NCBI RefSeq assembly: GCF_036321535.1
Contig: NC_087458.1
Span: forward strand, 10,850,001-10,914,000
DNA: 64,000 nucleotides
Direction: 5' to 3'
From: Camelus dromedarius
Lineage: Eukaryota
Within the stretch, counting starts at the first letter, position 1, and every line of letters starts with the position of its first letter. The translations under genes and the position numbers were made by a program. The notes beneath the pieces are model-generated. The model was not told the origin of the DNA and made no database searches. It was given only the letters and a program-made list of their open reading frames with translations. This document shows, piece by piece, positions 23,301-35,562 of the stretch.

Positions 23301-26300
23301 ATCAATGAAATCAGCTAAAATGTCTAAAATTTCTGAGGCCTGAACTTATTTCCTTAGTAACTAATAGAAATCTACTTTTCAACCACCAATTTAACACAAC
23401 TAAAGGTAAAAATATATTTTTTAATTCCAACTTTTCTTCAAACTCTCTTGCTAATTAACAACCCCTATTTCCTCTTGGTCCAGTTTATAGAGTTTTAATC
23501 AAATACCAAACTAAAGTAAATCTATTTAAGTATATGAGCTATCCCTAGTTATTATAAAAGTTTCAGCCACTGATGCACTTGAAGGAAATGAAATCTCTTA
23601 GCAGCTAAATGAAAACTGTTAGTTAAATGCAAAATAAGCTGATATTAACCTGCCATCTCTGGGGTCTGCCAGGTAATGAAGACAGAGAGGCTGTGCTCTA
23701 TTCCCACATTCTTGCTCCTAAAATACAACTTTTCTAATGATCTTCTCTCCTATGGCTCGACCTAATTTTCCTTCCCTTTCCTTTATCCCCTGTTCTCCTA
23801 AAGCTGCCTGTCATGAGCAGGGATGGCCAGGTCACTGCTGACTCTCTCAACCCTGTTAAATCATTTTACACATAAACATCAAAAAAAATCCAGTTAAAAT
23901 ACCAACTACTAGGCGGAGTTACAGCTCAGAGGTAGAGTGCGTGCCTAGCATGCATGAGGTCCTGGGTTCAATCCCAGTACTACCATTAAAAAATTAATAA
24001 ATAAAATAAACCTAATTACCTCCCCCTAAAAAAAATACCAACTACTTATCCTATTCTAAAGTAACTTCAAGCCCTGAAACTATACAGAGCTCTTTACATT
24101 CTCATAACTGGCATGTACAAATAATTTTACAAGGGATGTGGTCTTTTTTTGCTGCTGTTGTTCCCAGTTTTATTAAGATACAATGGAAGGGGGAGGGAAT
24201 AGCTCAGTGGTAGTATGCGTGCCTAGCATGCATGAGGTCCTGGGTTCAGTCCCCAATACCTCCATTAAAAAAAAAATTTAATAAATAAATTAACCTAATT
24301 ACCCCCTCAAGATATAATTGACATATAGCATTGTGTAAGTTTAAGGTATAAAACATTATGATTTTATAAGTGAGATGATTACCACAATAAGGTTAATTAA
24401 TACATCCATCACCTCAGTTACTTTTTGTGATGAGAATTTTTAAAATCTCTTCTCTTAGCAACTTTCAAGTGTCCAATATAGTATTGTTAACTATAGTCAC
24501 CATGCTGTACATTACATCCCCAGAACTTAATCATCTTATAACTCCAAGTTTGTACTCTTTGACCACCTTCACTCATGCCCCCACTTCCCCCTCCAAGCAA
24601 CCATCTATCTACTCTGTTTCTGTGAGTTCATGTTGTGTTTTGTTTTTGTTTTTTGATTCCACATATAAGTAAGATCATACAGTATTTGTCTTTCTCTTAT
24701 TTTCACTTTACATAATGCTCTCAGAGTTCACCAATTTTGTCACAAATGGGAGGATTTCCTTCTTTCTTATGGGTGAATAATATTCTTCTGTGTGTGCGTG
24801 TGTGTATGTGTGTCTTGTGTGTGAAAGGGAGAGAGGGGGAGGGAGAGATTTTCTTTATTCATCCACAGGATGTGGTTTCTTTTTTTTTTAAGGGCTATAA
24901 TAGCATTTTCACCCTATTGATATATTTTTAAGAACAGTCTATTCTTCTGTTACTGGGACATTTAGGTTGTTCCCAATTTTTCTGTAATAAATAGCATTGA
25001 CTTTAAATATCTGGACAAAGAGTACAAAAATTTTACAGCCATTTTTATTGAATCAGATTCCCAAAAGTGAGATGAATGAGTCAAAAGGGATTAACATTAC
25101 TATAGCTTCTAATTCCTGCTGCTGTAAAGCTCTCCAAGATGACCAGATGACTTTACAGTGCTATCAGAAATATCATGATTGCACCTGTTGCCTCAGAGTC
25201 CTAATGGTAGCTTATATTATTTTTGTTAATTTAACAATTTTTAGAGAAGGAAGAGATCTTAGTTCCAGAAACCTGGGAATCATCCTTGACTCACTCTCCA
25301 CACCCAGTTACTCTCTAAATCATACCCATCTGCTAAATACCTCAAATCATCCACTTCCGTCTCATTATCCTCTCTCACCTGCACTAAAGCCTCCTGAGTT
25401 CCACACTTGCCTCCAGATCTGCCCCCTTCAATCCGTTCTCCACATTCAGCACAAATAACCTAAAATTTAAAACTAACCATATTATTCCTACACATAAAGC
25501 TTCAATGATTCCCACTGCTCAGGGTAAAAGATCCAAACTTCTGAACACAGCAGAAAAAAATCCTATGAAGACCTGGTTCCTGCTGACCTCTCCCAATCAG
25601 CCTTTCCCCACCTCTTACACTCAGGTCTCTTGCCCTGTGGAACCACTTGCAGTTCCTCTAATCAGCTGCCTTTGACAGGGCAGAATCCACATGCTACCTA
25701 GTACACTTACCCAGACCTCTCTCATTCCCTTTGCCCTGCCTGATTCTAATTCTTCCTTCAGGTTTCAACTTAGATTCTTCAAGGAAGCAGTTCTAGCTAT
25801 TCTCTACCCCCATGTTAATTCCTTCTATGTGCTCATATATAAATGCATATCAATGCCTTACATTTTTTAATAGAAAACCTTTTCTATTTTTACATATTGT
25901 GTTCCTTACTTTCCACCAGGCAGCCTGCCTTCTAATCTTTATCACTATATTCTTTGAAAATTTCAAATATGCAGATGTAACCTCTTTTAAAATACCTATT
26001 TCTTTCATAGTCCTATAATAACCTGCCTTCCTTCAATTTGCATAGTAAAGGAACACTATTAGGTGCCAGGTACTGTGCTAGACTTTTTATTTCATTTAAT
26101 TCTAATCCATGCAAACAACAATAATAAAAAACATAAGACATGTACTCTCATCTTATAGATCAGGAGACCAAGGCTGGTGGAATGTGGAGGGTGGATAAAA
26201 TAACACAGTAAACTGCAGAACTGCGACTTCTACCCAGGTTTGTCTAACTCTAAGAATCCGTTTTTTATGGATGTATTATTCCTAGCTTCCTGGCTTATCA

Positions 26301-29300
26301 CATAATAATCTCTTATGAAAGTCAAACTATTTCCATTTGATTTATTTTTGTGTTTTTTGTTTGTTTGTTTTTTTAATCAATACCATATAACTCTGGTAAC
26401 TTTGGGGAAAGTATACAATCATTACATTTATCCCCCAAATGTCATCTGGTCTTCTTATCTACATGATATGTACTCTTACTGGGTTCAACAGAAGAATAGA
26501 AGAGATATAGAATTACGTGTAGATGCATTTGGAAAAGCATTTTCTGGGCTATCGCTGCACTAAATATCTTCTTTTCAGTTCAGTGCCGCTGTTTCTGACA
26601 AACAGTGCCACTTTTTCTGACAAGTTTTTTAAAACTTGATCTTACTACTCCATCAAATGATGGTTCTCATCCCTTCTCTTCATCAAATTTTTTCAGGACT
26701 AGTCTATACTCACTGTCTCACCTCTCATTCACTCCCAGTCGACTTTAAATCGCCTTCTGATTGTCTTCTGTCTATACTAGTTATTAAACTATTGTTACTT
26801 ATTAAACTATCTTCTCAGACAGAGATCATGAACAGTCTCCTAACTACCTGCATAATCCAGTGACCTTTTCTCAATCTACAATCTGCTTCTTGAAACTCTT
26901 CCTTCAACAAGCAATGTGGCATGGTGGAAAAAGCCCAGACTTCTGACTTTCTGACCTGGGTTCAAATCCTAGTTTTGCCATTTACTTGCTATATGACCAA
27001 GTTACTTCTCTTTTTTTTCACTTATAAAATGGAGCTAATATACCATAGGGTAGGGTTTCTCAACATTAGCACTACTGATATTTTGGGCCAGGTTATTCTT
27101 TGTTGTGGGAGCTGTCCTGTGCACTCTATGTTTAGCAACATCCCTGGCTTCTACCCTCTAAAAGCCAGTAGTAGTTCCTTCTATTTGTGACAGCCAAAAA
27201 TGTCTCTAAGCATTGCCAAATATCTCCTAGGGGCAAAATCAAACAGGGAAGAGAACCAACACAAGGTAACAATGAGAACTAAACCAAGATATATGTCAAG
27301 TGACCGATATAATGTAGGTACTCCATTCTCCTTTAGTTTCCAGGACCCTTCAGTTCTCTGGTTCTCCTACCTCTGTCAACCGCCTTTCTCTTTTCTAAAG
27401 ATTCCTCTCACCCCTACAATGGAGACCGAATCTAAGATTCTGTTCATAGGACTTCTCCCTTTATTACCTGAACTATTTCCGTTGGTATTCTTAGCTACTT
27501 CCATAGTTTCAACAACTGCCTTTATTGTAATTGCCTACAAACTCAGGCTTTCTCAGAAATTCCAGATCCACACTTCCAAGTTAGAGGAAGAAGCTCTGGA
27601 GTCAGAAACGGCTACAAAGTCTCACCATGAGCAAGTTACTCCTTCTTTTGTAGTTGTTGTTGAACTATAGTTGATTTACAATATTGTGTTTGTTTCAGGT
27701 GTACAGCAAAGTGATTTGGTTTTACATATATATGTATGTATATATGCATAGTTTTTTTCTCTTTTCCATTATAGTTTATTACAAGTTACTTCTTTTTTGA
27801 ATCTAAGTTTTTCACCAATAAAGGAGAGATAATATCTGTCTCAGGATGTTGTGAGGATTCATTAATTACATTAAGGACTTAGAACAATATCCAGCATACA
27901 ACAGATTGTCAGTAAATAGAAGCTGCTATTATTACAAAACATCTCCACCTAAATGTCCTATGGAGACCTTAAACTCAGGCCATTCAAAGCTAAACTGATC
28001 ATCTTTTGCCCTGTTTTAAACTGCTCCTCTTCTTGTCTCCCCTATTTCTGCTAATAACACCACTCTAACCTTCAGACAGGAAACCCTGGTTTCGTCTTTG
28101 AACACACCCTTATCCCATTAAAAGCCAAATTTATTGCCTCTACCTTAGCAACTTTTCTTAGGCTCACCAACATCACCCTAGTTGAGACCTTCATTACCTC
28201 TTCTCTGAACTACTGCGAATCTTCTACATTATCTCCTTTTTGGACTCTCCAAATCCATCATATACACTGCTGCTAATTTAATTCTGCTAACACTTGGATG
28301 ACGTAGAAAGATATTCATGATATATTACTAGGCTTAAAAAGCAGATTACAAAACAGCACATACTGTATAATGCTCATTTTGTAAAATATGTAAATGTGTA
28401 CAATACACATGCCCTCCCTTTCTATTTACACACACATATACAAAAACATAAAGGGGGGGAAACTCTTGAAGAATATACTACAAAATGATAAGAATAGTTA
28501 TTTATGGATAGTAGGATCGTGGGTAATTTCCTTTTTTAAAAATTTTTTTTTGGGTGGGGAGATAACTGGGTTTGTTTGTTTATTTTTAACAGAGGTACTG
28601 GGGATTGAACCCAGGACCTTGTGCATGCTAAGCATGCACTCTACCACTGAGCTACTCCCACCCCCCAGTTACTTATTTCTTATTTTGTACTTTTTCTTTT
28701 ATTTTCTAAAATGAACATATTGTTTTATGTAATGAGGGAAAAATCAATAGTATAACATATATTCTGTGACTCTGTTACTACTTACATTAAAAAGTCCCAA
28801 ATTCTTTGCCATGCAAAGATTCATCTTGCTTTAAAGACCACATCTTTCTAACTTGCTACTACTCATGATTTGGCTAAACAAACCAGTAACTGCACCTCAT
28901 GTCAATCTATGGTTTCCCGAGTTCTCCTCTTCTTATCTTATTTTGTATATTCCATTTTCATTGCCACTTGTTCACATCTATCCAATCCTTCAAGCTCAGC
29001 CGAAATATCTCTAATATGGTCATGGTATAAGTAGAAAAAAATAGGTCTGTCTTATTCTCAAGTCCCTCAATTAAAAGCCCTGCTCTTCTAGTTACTAACT
29101 TTGGATAAGTTAACTTAAGTGTCTAAAACTTGAATATCCTTATCTGTAAAGGGAGGACAATACAGCTACTTCAAATCATAGTAATTAACAGAAGATAAAA
29201 CAAGTTAAAGTGCTTGGTACAATGTGTTATTGCTTCCAGCTTGTCTATATGGGATATATGTGGCTCAAATTTGCAGCAATGATAAATATAATATTGTTTA

Positions 29301-31419
29301 CCCAGTGGTCTGTCTGGAATACAAACAAAAGCCAGAGAACGTTAAGCAAGGAACAGCCTCAGAACTCAATTATCACAATTCTTCAGTCTCTTTTAAGGGC
29401 TTCTCTTTCTCTATCACCCCTTAAATACTGATTTCACTCTTGTTCTGCTTCTTTTTTCACTTTCTGTACAAACCCTAGATGATTTCATCCCCAACCACAG
29501 CTTGGTCTATCATCCATAAACTCGTAATTCTCTAATCTGTATCTCCAACTCAGATTTCTTTTTGTAACTCAAGATTTATAAATAAAACTTCCTACTAAAT
29601 GTCTCTACCTGGATGTCCCACAAGATGCCCAAACCCAAACTTATTTTCTCCCCAAATTTATCCAACTTCCTACATTCCCTATGGCACCATCAAAGACAGA
29701 AACCTGAGGGACACCCCAAATTCCTTTTATCCCTTTTTCCTCACATTCAAGTTTTGCAGTCCATCCCAAACCTTAAGTTCACCTGTATCCCAAACATGTT
29801 GGGCAGTCTCATGCTACAGTGTTTTTAAACACATTATTCCTTCTATCTAGAAAATTCTCCATTTCCTTCTTTGTTTGACTAACTTCTCTCATCCTTTATA
29901 ATCGAGATGAAGGATTCTCTTCTAGAAAACAAAATAATTAGCATTTATTAAGCACACAGTATATTCCAATCACTGTGCAAAACACTTTGCATGCGTTGTC
30001 TAGCTTAATAATTGAAATACAGTGAAGTAGGAATCATTATGTCTTCCCAGGAGACCAAAAGAAGTAATTCACGGGAGGTCATGTATAGATAGTAAATGGC
30101 AGAAATGTGATTCAAACACAGATCTATCTGACCCCAGTGCACTCCTTCACTTAGCCACCCCACTGTACCACACTTCCCTTTCCCACTTGGCCCCCCAATC
30201 TCATAACCTCCTGCTTAGGAGGGGTCCTTCCTCTAGCCGACATTGAGAAAGCCAGCGAGGAACACTGTGAAGCTTATTGCTTGGTTTGTCTTTTCTGAAA
30301 TGAGTCTGTCCATTAACTTGAAAACAAGGTCTATTTCATGTATCTGTTTCACTGTACCCAGCAGAGTATCTGACACATAGTAGACCCTCAAAAATATTAG
30401 GTTCCTTCTCCCTTGCCTTTTCCCCCAAAATCAGAAACTATCTCTTCTTACCTCCCCAAAATTCCAAATAACTTTATACCTCTCTTAGGTCTACTCCTGC
30501 CTCATATTAACATTTTGTATGTCTTATTTTCCTCACCAGACTAAGAGCTCTTTCATTGCAGGTGTCAGTTTTAAAAATCTTTATGCAGATACCTTTGCCT
30601 GTAGTAACTGTTCAACGAAAAACTGATAAATGAACCTGTAATTAAAAGAGCTGTTGTTTTAACTACGTTCCCCTTCCTATTATGTAGATTTCTTCCCACC
30701 CTTAGTAAACATTAGCCCCTCTATTAGCAAACCACGGTTCCCAAGCCACAAAGGGCTTTCTGATTAATTTATCAAACGTTACCGATGGGAGAAAAGCAAG
30801 CTCGGATTAGAAAAGGGTTTCTGCTCTCTTAAGAAATTCAACCTAATAATGACTCCCGAATCAAAACAGTATGGAACACTAGACTGTTCGAGTATGGGAG
30901 TCACGTGGCTCTGCAGACTGACGACGACTGTCAGCGAGGTTTCGGGGTCACGTAACAGACTACACAACCAGCCCGTTGACTAATCCCCTGAGGTTCGTTA
31001 CGAGCTGCCTTGCCCAGCCATATCCTGTTTGAGGGTGCGGAGAAGTGGGGAAAGTGACCACGCATCTTCTCTTAGACCTGTGCATCCTCCCAGATTCTGC
31101 TTCTCAGAGTTTTCCTCTCCCCTAGGCTCACCAAACGCCCCAACGGAGGCGTGGCTTTCACCTACCAATCCGCCTACTCTCTCCCCGGGGGCTCGGCTAT
31201 CTTCTCTTGGACCCTCCCCTCTCTGGGTGGCCACGCTAATGTGGGACTGAAGTAAAGGCCTGCGCCAGTCGCAGGCTCCCGGCTCTTCTCGAATCGACTC
31301 CAGACCCAGCCGGGTTGCTCTCCTTCGCCTTCCCCGCTCCTCACCTGCTCTGCCGACACCGCCCCCTTCGCCGCGCCGCTCCCGCTGCTCTTGCCGGCGC
31401 GACCGCTGCTCTCCGCCAT
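20241..31419 (-). CDS. PFDN2: Prefoldin subunit 2 (4 exons; end of exon 4 hidden in an N-gap)
   Basis: Exons (-) 31419-31345 (MAESSGRAGKSSGSGAAKGAVSAEQ), 21335-21247 (VIAGFNRLRQEQRGLASKAAELEMELNEHS), 21132-21009 (LVIDTLKEVDETRKCYRMVGGVLVERTVKEVLPALENNREQ), 20417-20318+ (IQKIIETLTQQLQAKGKELNEFREKHNIRLMGE..). The stop at about 20241 is inferred from the recalled 154-aa length. Confidence 0.95.
20583..20765. mobile_element. MER5-like (hAT-Charlie) DNA transposon relic
   Basis: Ends resemble MER5 (aaaccttagtgtgcagaag..cacctggg / caggtgatt..gatgca..tgagaaacac). Confidence 0.5.
22425..22725. mobile_element. MER5A-like relic followed by a MIR
   Basis: gttagaatcaccaggggaa...gattctgatgtgcagccagaactgagaaccact, then tctctgagccttagttttctcacctgtgaaatg (MIR core). 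Confidence 0.55.
23911..24031 (+). mobile_element. tRNA-derived SINE (camelid Vic-1-like) with perfect 15-bp TSD
   Basis: A-box-like CAGCTCAGAGGTAG, B-box GGTTCAATCCC and an A-rich tail. AAAATACCAACTACT at 23896-23910 and 24032-24046. Confidence 0.85.
24150..24870 (-). mobile_element. L1 3' UTR fragment (L1MA-like), interrupted by a SINE
   Basis: Typical antisense L1 3' end text (tttattaagata..aattgacatatagcattgtgtaagtttaagg..., ttaactatagtcaccatgctgtac). Boundaries approximate. Confidence 0.65.
24189..24308 (+). mobile_element. Second Vic-1-like SINE, nested in an L1 3' end
   Basis: TAGCTCAGTGGTAG...GGTTCAGTCCC with the same tail (AACCTAATTACCCC). TSD-like AAGATA(C/T)AAT at about 24175 and about 24309. 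Confidence 0.8.
27052..27260. mobile_element. MER20-like DNA transposon
   Basis: agggtttctcaacattagcactactgatattttgggccagg..ctttgttgtgggagctgtcctgtgca..aaaatgtctc. Confidence 0.7.
27641..27790 (-). mobile_element. 5'-truncated L1 tail inserted into a MIR
   Basis: tatagttgatttacaatattgtg..tttcaggtgtacagcaaagtga, flanked by CAAGTTACT at 27632-27640 and 27782-27790; MIR text continues on both sides. Confidence 0.6.
28543..28666 (-). mobile_element. Third Vic-1-like SINE
   Basis: Reverse complement GGGAGTAGCTCAGTGGTAGAGTGC...GGTTCAATCCCC; T-rich tail on +. Confidence 0.8.
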
Positions 31420-31569
31420 CTTCACCGCCTGCTGGGCTTCCGGCCTGCGCAGTTCCGCCCCCGCCTTGCGTCACGTCCGGTCTCCGAGTTACCGCCCACT
31501 GGCTCCGCCGCCTCAGTCTTCAGGTCGCTCTTCGGTTCAGATCCTGCGATTGGTTTTGGCCGTATCTTC
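31420..31569. promoter_or_regulatory. PFDN2/NIT1 bidirectional CpG-island promoter
   Basis: The divergent start codons are 150 bp apart. ETS core TTCCGG at 31438-31443, GC-box at about 31455-31465, and CRE-like TGCGTCA at 31467-31473. Confidence 0.8.
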
Positions 31570-34185
31570 ATGTAGGACCTACTACTTATCCTGCCCGCCG
31601 CGGTGAATTCCACCTGCGGTGCTTTAACTTGGTGCAACAGAGGCTCTGCCCCTGAGGGAGGCGGGGAAGGACGGGTTAACTGGAGAGAGGGGCGCGGGTT
31701 GGGATCCGAGTGCTAATTGTCCCCTGCCCGCCGTGAGGTGGTGAGGAGCGAGGGAGGGTGGACTTCCCCTCAGAGATTCTTGTGGAAGGGGGGAAATATG
31801 CTTTGAGTCAATAAAATTGTGCAAGTGCACAGTCGAGAAGAGCGGCTAGGAAAACCAAGGGAGTATCTTGGAGATGACTTTTGAACTGACGAAAAGTTTG
31901 GCTGAAGAAAAGGGCTTCAATTTGATGTGAGATCTCTGGAAGTCGGGATATTCAGGTGCCGAGCAGAGCCCTTTTCTCCATCTCCCCACTTTATGATCTC
32001 TTCTGGTAGCCCATACTTACTTACGGTAGAGAGTGTTTTGAAGACTTGGGGGTTTTTACAGGCAGGGCCCTGATTGAGCCTCACAGCATGCAGAGAGAAG
32101 TCAGAGGATCTTAGAAATTTATTGCTTGAGGGAGGGGCTGGTGTCCTGATTTCCTCACCTTCTTCAGGCTGGGCTTTATCATCAGGCCTCCTCACCAGCT
32201 CCTGTCCTTTCTCTTGTGTCCTGGACTGCGGATACCTCGACTCTCAGTACTTTGTGCTCAGCCAAGGTAACATGTTTTGTTGGGTCCTCAGTGCCTGGCA
32301 CATAGTAGATGCTCAATAAATGTTAAATGAATGGGTGGTAGGAAACACTAGGGTGCCAACCATCTACAGAACATTTGATAAGTGGGTCATTGTGCCATGG
32401 GTCATTGTGCCCTGTAAGAGAAAAATCAAAAGGAAGTCCAGCCTTCCTGCCTCCTCATTTAAGCCCTTATCATTAAACTTGGATTTCCCCATACTAGGAA
32501 ATCAGTCCTGCCTATGCTATTCACAGACCCAGAGACATGGCTATCTCCTCTTCCTCCTGGGAACTGCCCCTGGTGGCTGTGTGCCAGGTAACGTCGACAC
32601 CAGACAAGCAGCAGAACTTTAAAACATGTGCTGAGCTGGTTCGGGAGGCTGCCAGACTGGGCGCTTGCCTGGCTTTCCTGCCTGAGGCATTTGACTTCAT
32701 TGCACGGGACCCTGAAGAGACGCTACGCCTGTCTGAGCCACTGAGTGGGAACCTTTTGGGAGAATATACCCAGCTTGCCAGGTATCAGGGAAAGGGGGAG
32801 GGAGAGGTAGTTTCTTTTGGGGTAATGTCCCAGGATTGCCAGATATGAGGGTAGAGCCTTGAGAAGAGTCGTCAGTGTCCCCTCCCCCTCAGGGAATGTG
32901 GACTCTGGCTGTCCTTGGGTGGTTTCCATGAGCGTGGCCAAGACTGGAAGCAGACTCAGAAAATCTACAATTGTCATGTGATTCTGAACAACAAGGGTGA
33001 GACCTCAAAATTCTTTAGCCTGCCTCTTCTCAGACTCTTCTACCTAAACTAAGATTCTCCAGAACACTGTTGTCTAAACTCTGTTTCCTTGTCCAAGGGT
33101 TTTAGGGGCCTTTGTACTTCTTTACGTACCTCATAAGCTGCCTCCTCCTTGGGAGGAGAGGAACTAAGCTGGGCTTCCAGATCACCAGCCCTGAGTACTC
33201 TTTCTCCCTCTTACTCTAGGGTCAGTAGTGGCCACTTATAGGAAGACACATCTGTGTGATGTAGAGATTCCAGGACAGGGACCTATGCGTGAAAGCAACT
33301 CTACCATACCTGGGCCCAGTCTTGAGTCTCCTGTCAGCACACCAGCAGGCAAGGTGGGAGATGCAAGAGGATGAGGGTGGGAGAGGAACATGAGGGAGGG
33401 GAATAGGAATACTTGAAAGTGGTAGTGGAGGATAGAAAGCCCTAAGTGGGGTAGCTGAGATTTGACTAGATGCTGTGACAGATAGGGCAGGTGGACTAAA
33501 TAGGCTGTTTTTCATTCCAGATTGGTCTGGCTATCTGCTATGACATGCGGTTCCCTGAACTCTCTCTGGCATTGGTTCAGGCTGGAGCAGAAATACTTAC
33601 CTACCCTTCAGCTTTTGGATCTGTTACAGGCCCAGCCCACTGGGAGGTAAGAGGACACCTCTTCAGAACATAAGCGCCTTCTCTGAACCTTATTCTCTCC
33701 CCTTGGCTCTACCATTTGAAAGATTTTCTTCCCGTTCCCACCTACTGGGAAAATTCATTTCCACAGATCATTGTCTCTCAGAATAGTTAAGATAGTAAAT
33801 CATTCGTAGGCAATTATGAGAATGGTCACAATGGGTAGACAGGCCTGTAATGTCCATTGCCTATCACTTCCCGACTAGTTGTTCATGGACTTAAGTGAAT
33901 GCCTCTGTTTGTCCCCAGGTGTTGCTGCGGGCCCGTGCCATTGAAACCCAGTGCTATGTAGTGGCGGCAGCACAGTGTGGACGCCATCATGAGAAGAGAG
34001 CAAGTTATGGCCACAGCATGGTGGTAGATCCCTGGGGAACTGTGGTGGCCCGCTGTTCTGAAGGACCAGGCCTCTGCCTTGCCCGAATTGACCTCGGTTA
34101 CTTGCGACAGTTGCGCCAAAACCTGCCTGTGTTCCAGCACCGCAGGCCTGACCTCTACAGCAGTCTGGGTCACCCATTGTCTTAA
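31570..34185 (+). CDS. NIT1: Nitrilase 1 / deaminated glutathione amidase (328 aa, 7 coding exons)
   Basis: Exons 31570-31571 (AT), 32168-32266, 32527-32781, 32893-32996, 33220-33353, 33521-33646, 33919-34185; 987 nt in frame. Nitrilase motifs [14 protein letters not shown] and ICYDMRFPE are present; ends ...LGHPLS*. Confidence 0.96.
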
Positions 34186-34384
34186 GACTTTTGACTTCTG
34201 TCAGTTGAGACCCCCATTGTGAGCTGGTGTTGCTGTGACTTGTAGGCAGGACCCAGGCGCAGCTCCCCTCACTTGGAGAACCTTCTCTCTCTTGACGGAA
34301 CACAGGCTCAGCTTCTTGGGAAAGAAAAAACTTTCGCCTGAGCTCAGATTTCAGTTTCAGAAAGGTGGAATTTTATAGTCACTG

Positions 34385-34390
34385 TTTATT
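34385..34390 (-). terminator. DEDD: Candidate distal DEDD poly(A) signal AATAAA (inside the NIT1 3' UTR)
   Basis: TTTATT on + at 34385-34390. A second minus-strand signal lies at 34757-34762. Confidence 0.5.
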
Positions 34391-34570
34391 TCATGAAAAC
34401 TGAAGTAATGCTGAGGGCTGAGCAGCACTGGCATTGAAAAAAAATATAATAATCATAAAGTCTGTGTCTGGACATCACTTTGGGGAGCTGAAAAGGAAGG
34501 TGGTATTGTATCAGCTGGACTAGGCTCCAGTTCTGTGCCTCCTGGCTCATTCAACATGCCTCCCTACCCA

Positions 34571-34576
34571 AATAAA
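34571..34576 (+). terminator. NIT1: Candidate NIT1 poly(A) signal AATAAA
   Basis: First AATAAA on + after the NIT1 stop; another lies at 34779-34784. Confidence 0.6.
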
Positions 34577-35562
34577 AGTGCGACACTCAGTGCATGTCCC
34601 AGCCCCAGTGCATGCTCCCAAGCTTGGGAGTGAGGATAGAGGGTGGGGGAGGAAAAACAAGAAAGGAACTGATACTGAATTACTTCACTTTCACCTATGA
34701 TGCCCTTTGCCCAAGCCAGAAGAAAGCAAAGGGGCAAAGGGCTGCAGGGTACATTATTTATTTTCACTTGAACATGGAAATAAAGTGTCACACTCCTCCT
34801 TCCCCTTTTCAGGGGGAGTGTATTTGAATCAGCAACCTCTTCTCCACCCACCCTGTGTATGTGTGCAAACACACAAACACCACAGTTGGGAAGGTGACTG
34901 GGCTGACCTAGTCCTCTTACCTATTACTCATTTGAAGAGGTATGACAAAGGGGCAAAAGGATGGAGCCACACCAGACAGGTTTGAAGCTATGGAATGGAG
35001 GGAATGAGGCAGAGGAGCAGCACCAGAGGCCAGGATAGAGTGGAAAGGGCCACAGCTTCTTTGTTTTTTAAAAATTCTATAATTTTGGAGAGGGTGGTGA
35101 TTAATTTCCAAAATACACTTCAAAGTCCCACCTTCCACACAGCTCCCTACTCACAGCCCTTTGGTTTTTCAGACAAAATTTAAGAGCCCTCATAAAGCCA
35201 GAAGTACTGAAAACCCCTCAATGCACCCCAAAGCAGTGTTCACTTCAATCCCTTACAAAGACTATGTTCTATAGACTTTGCTTCTCCCTATACATTTGTC
35301 TTACGGCTCAGTGGCAAGGTGGCGGTAGAGACACACATCAGGGGGTTAAGTGGAAAAGGGACACAAAGGGGAAGCCCAGGCACATGGGTGCAGGGAGGGG
35401 TGGGGAACACCACTTCCATTTTTCCTTTGTCTTTCCTTTAAAAAAAAAAAAAAAAGGCAGGGGTGTGATTGGTTGGAAGGGTAGAGAACAAACCCCAGAA
35501 CAGTATGTAAGCTCCAGAGGTGGGTGGGAACAGTCCCCAGAGAAGTGAGAAGGGGGAAAAGG

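Noticed and set aside
23911-28666. tRNA-like sequences with A and B boxes
   Set aside because: These are SINE heads with A-rich tails and TSDs, not tRNA genes.
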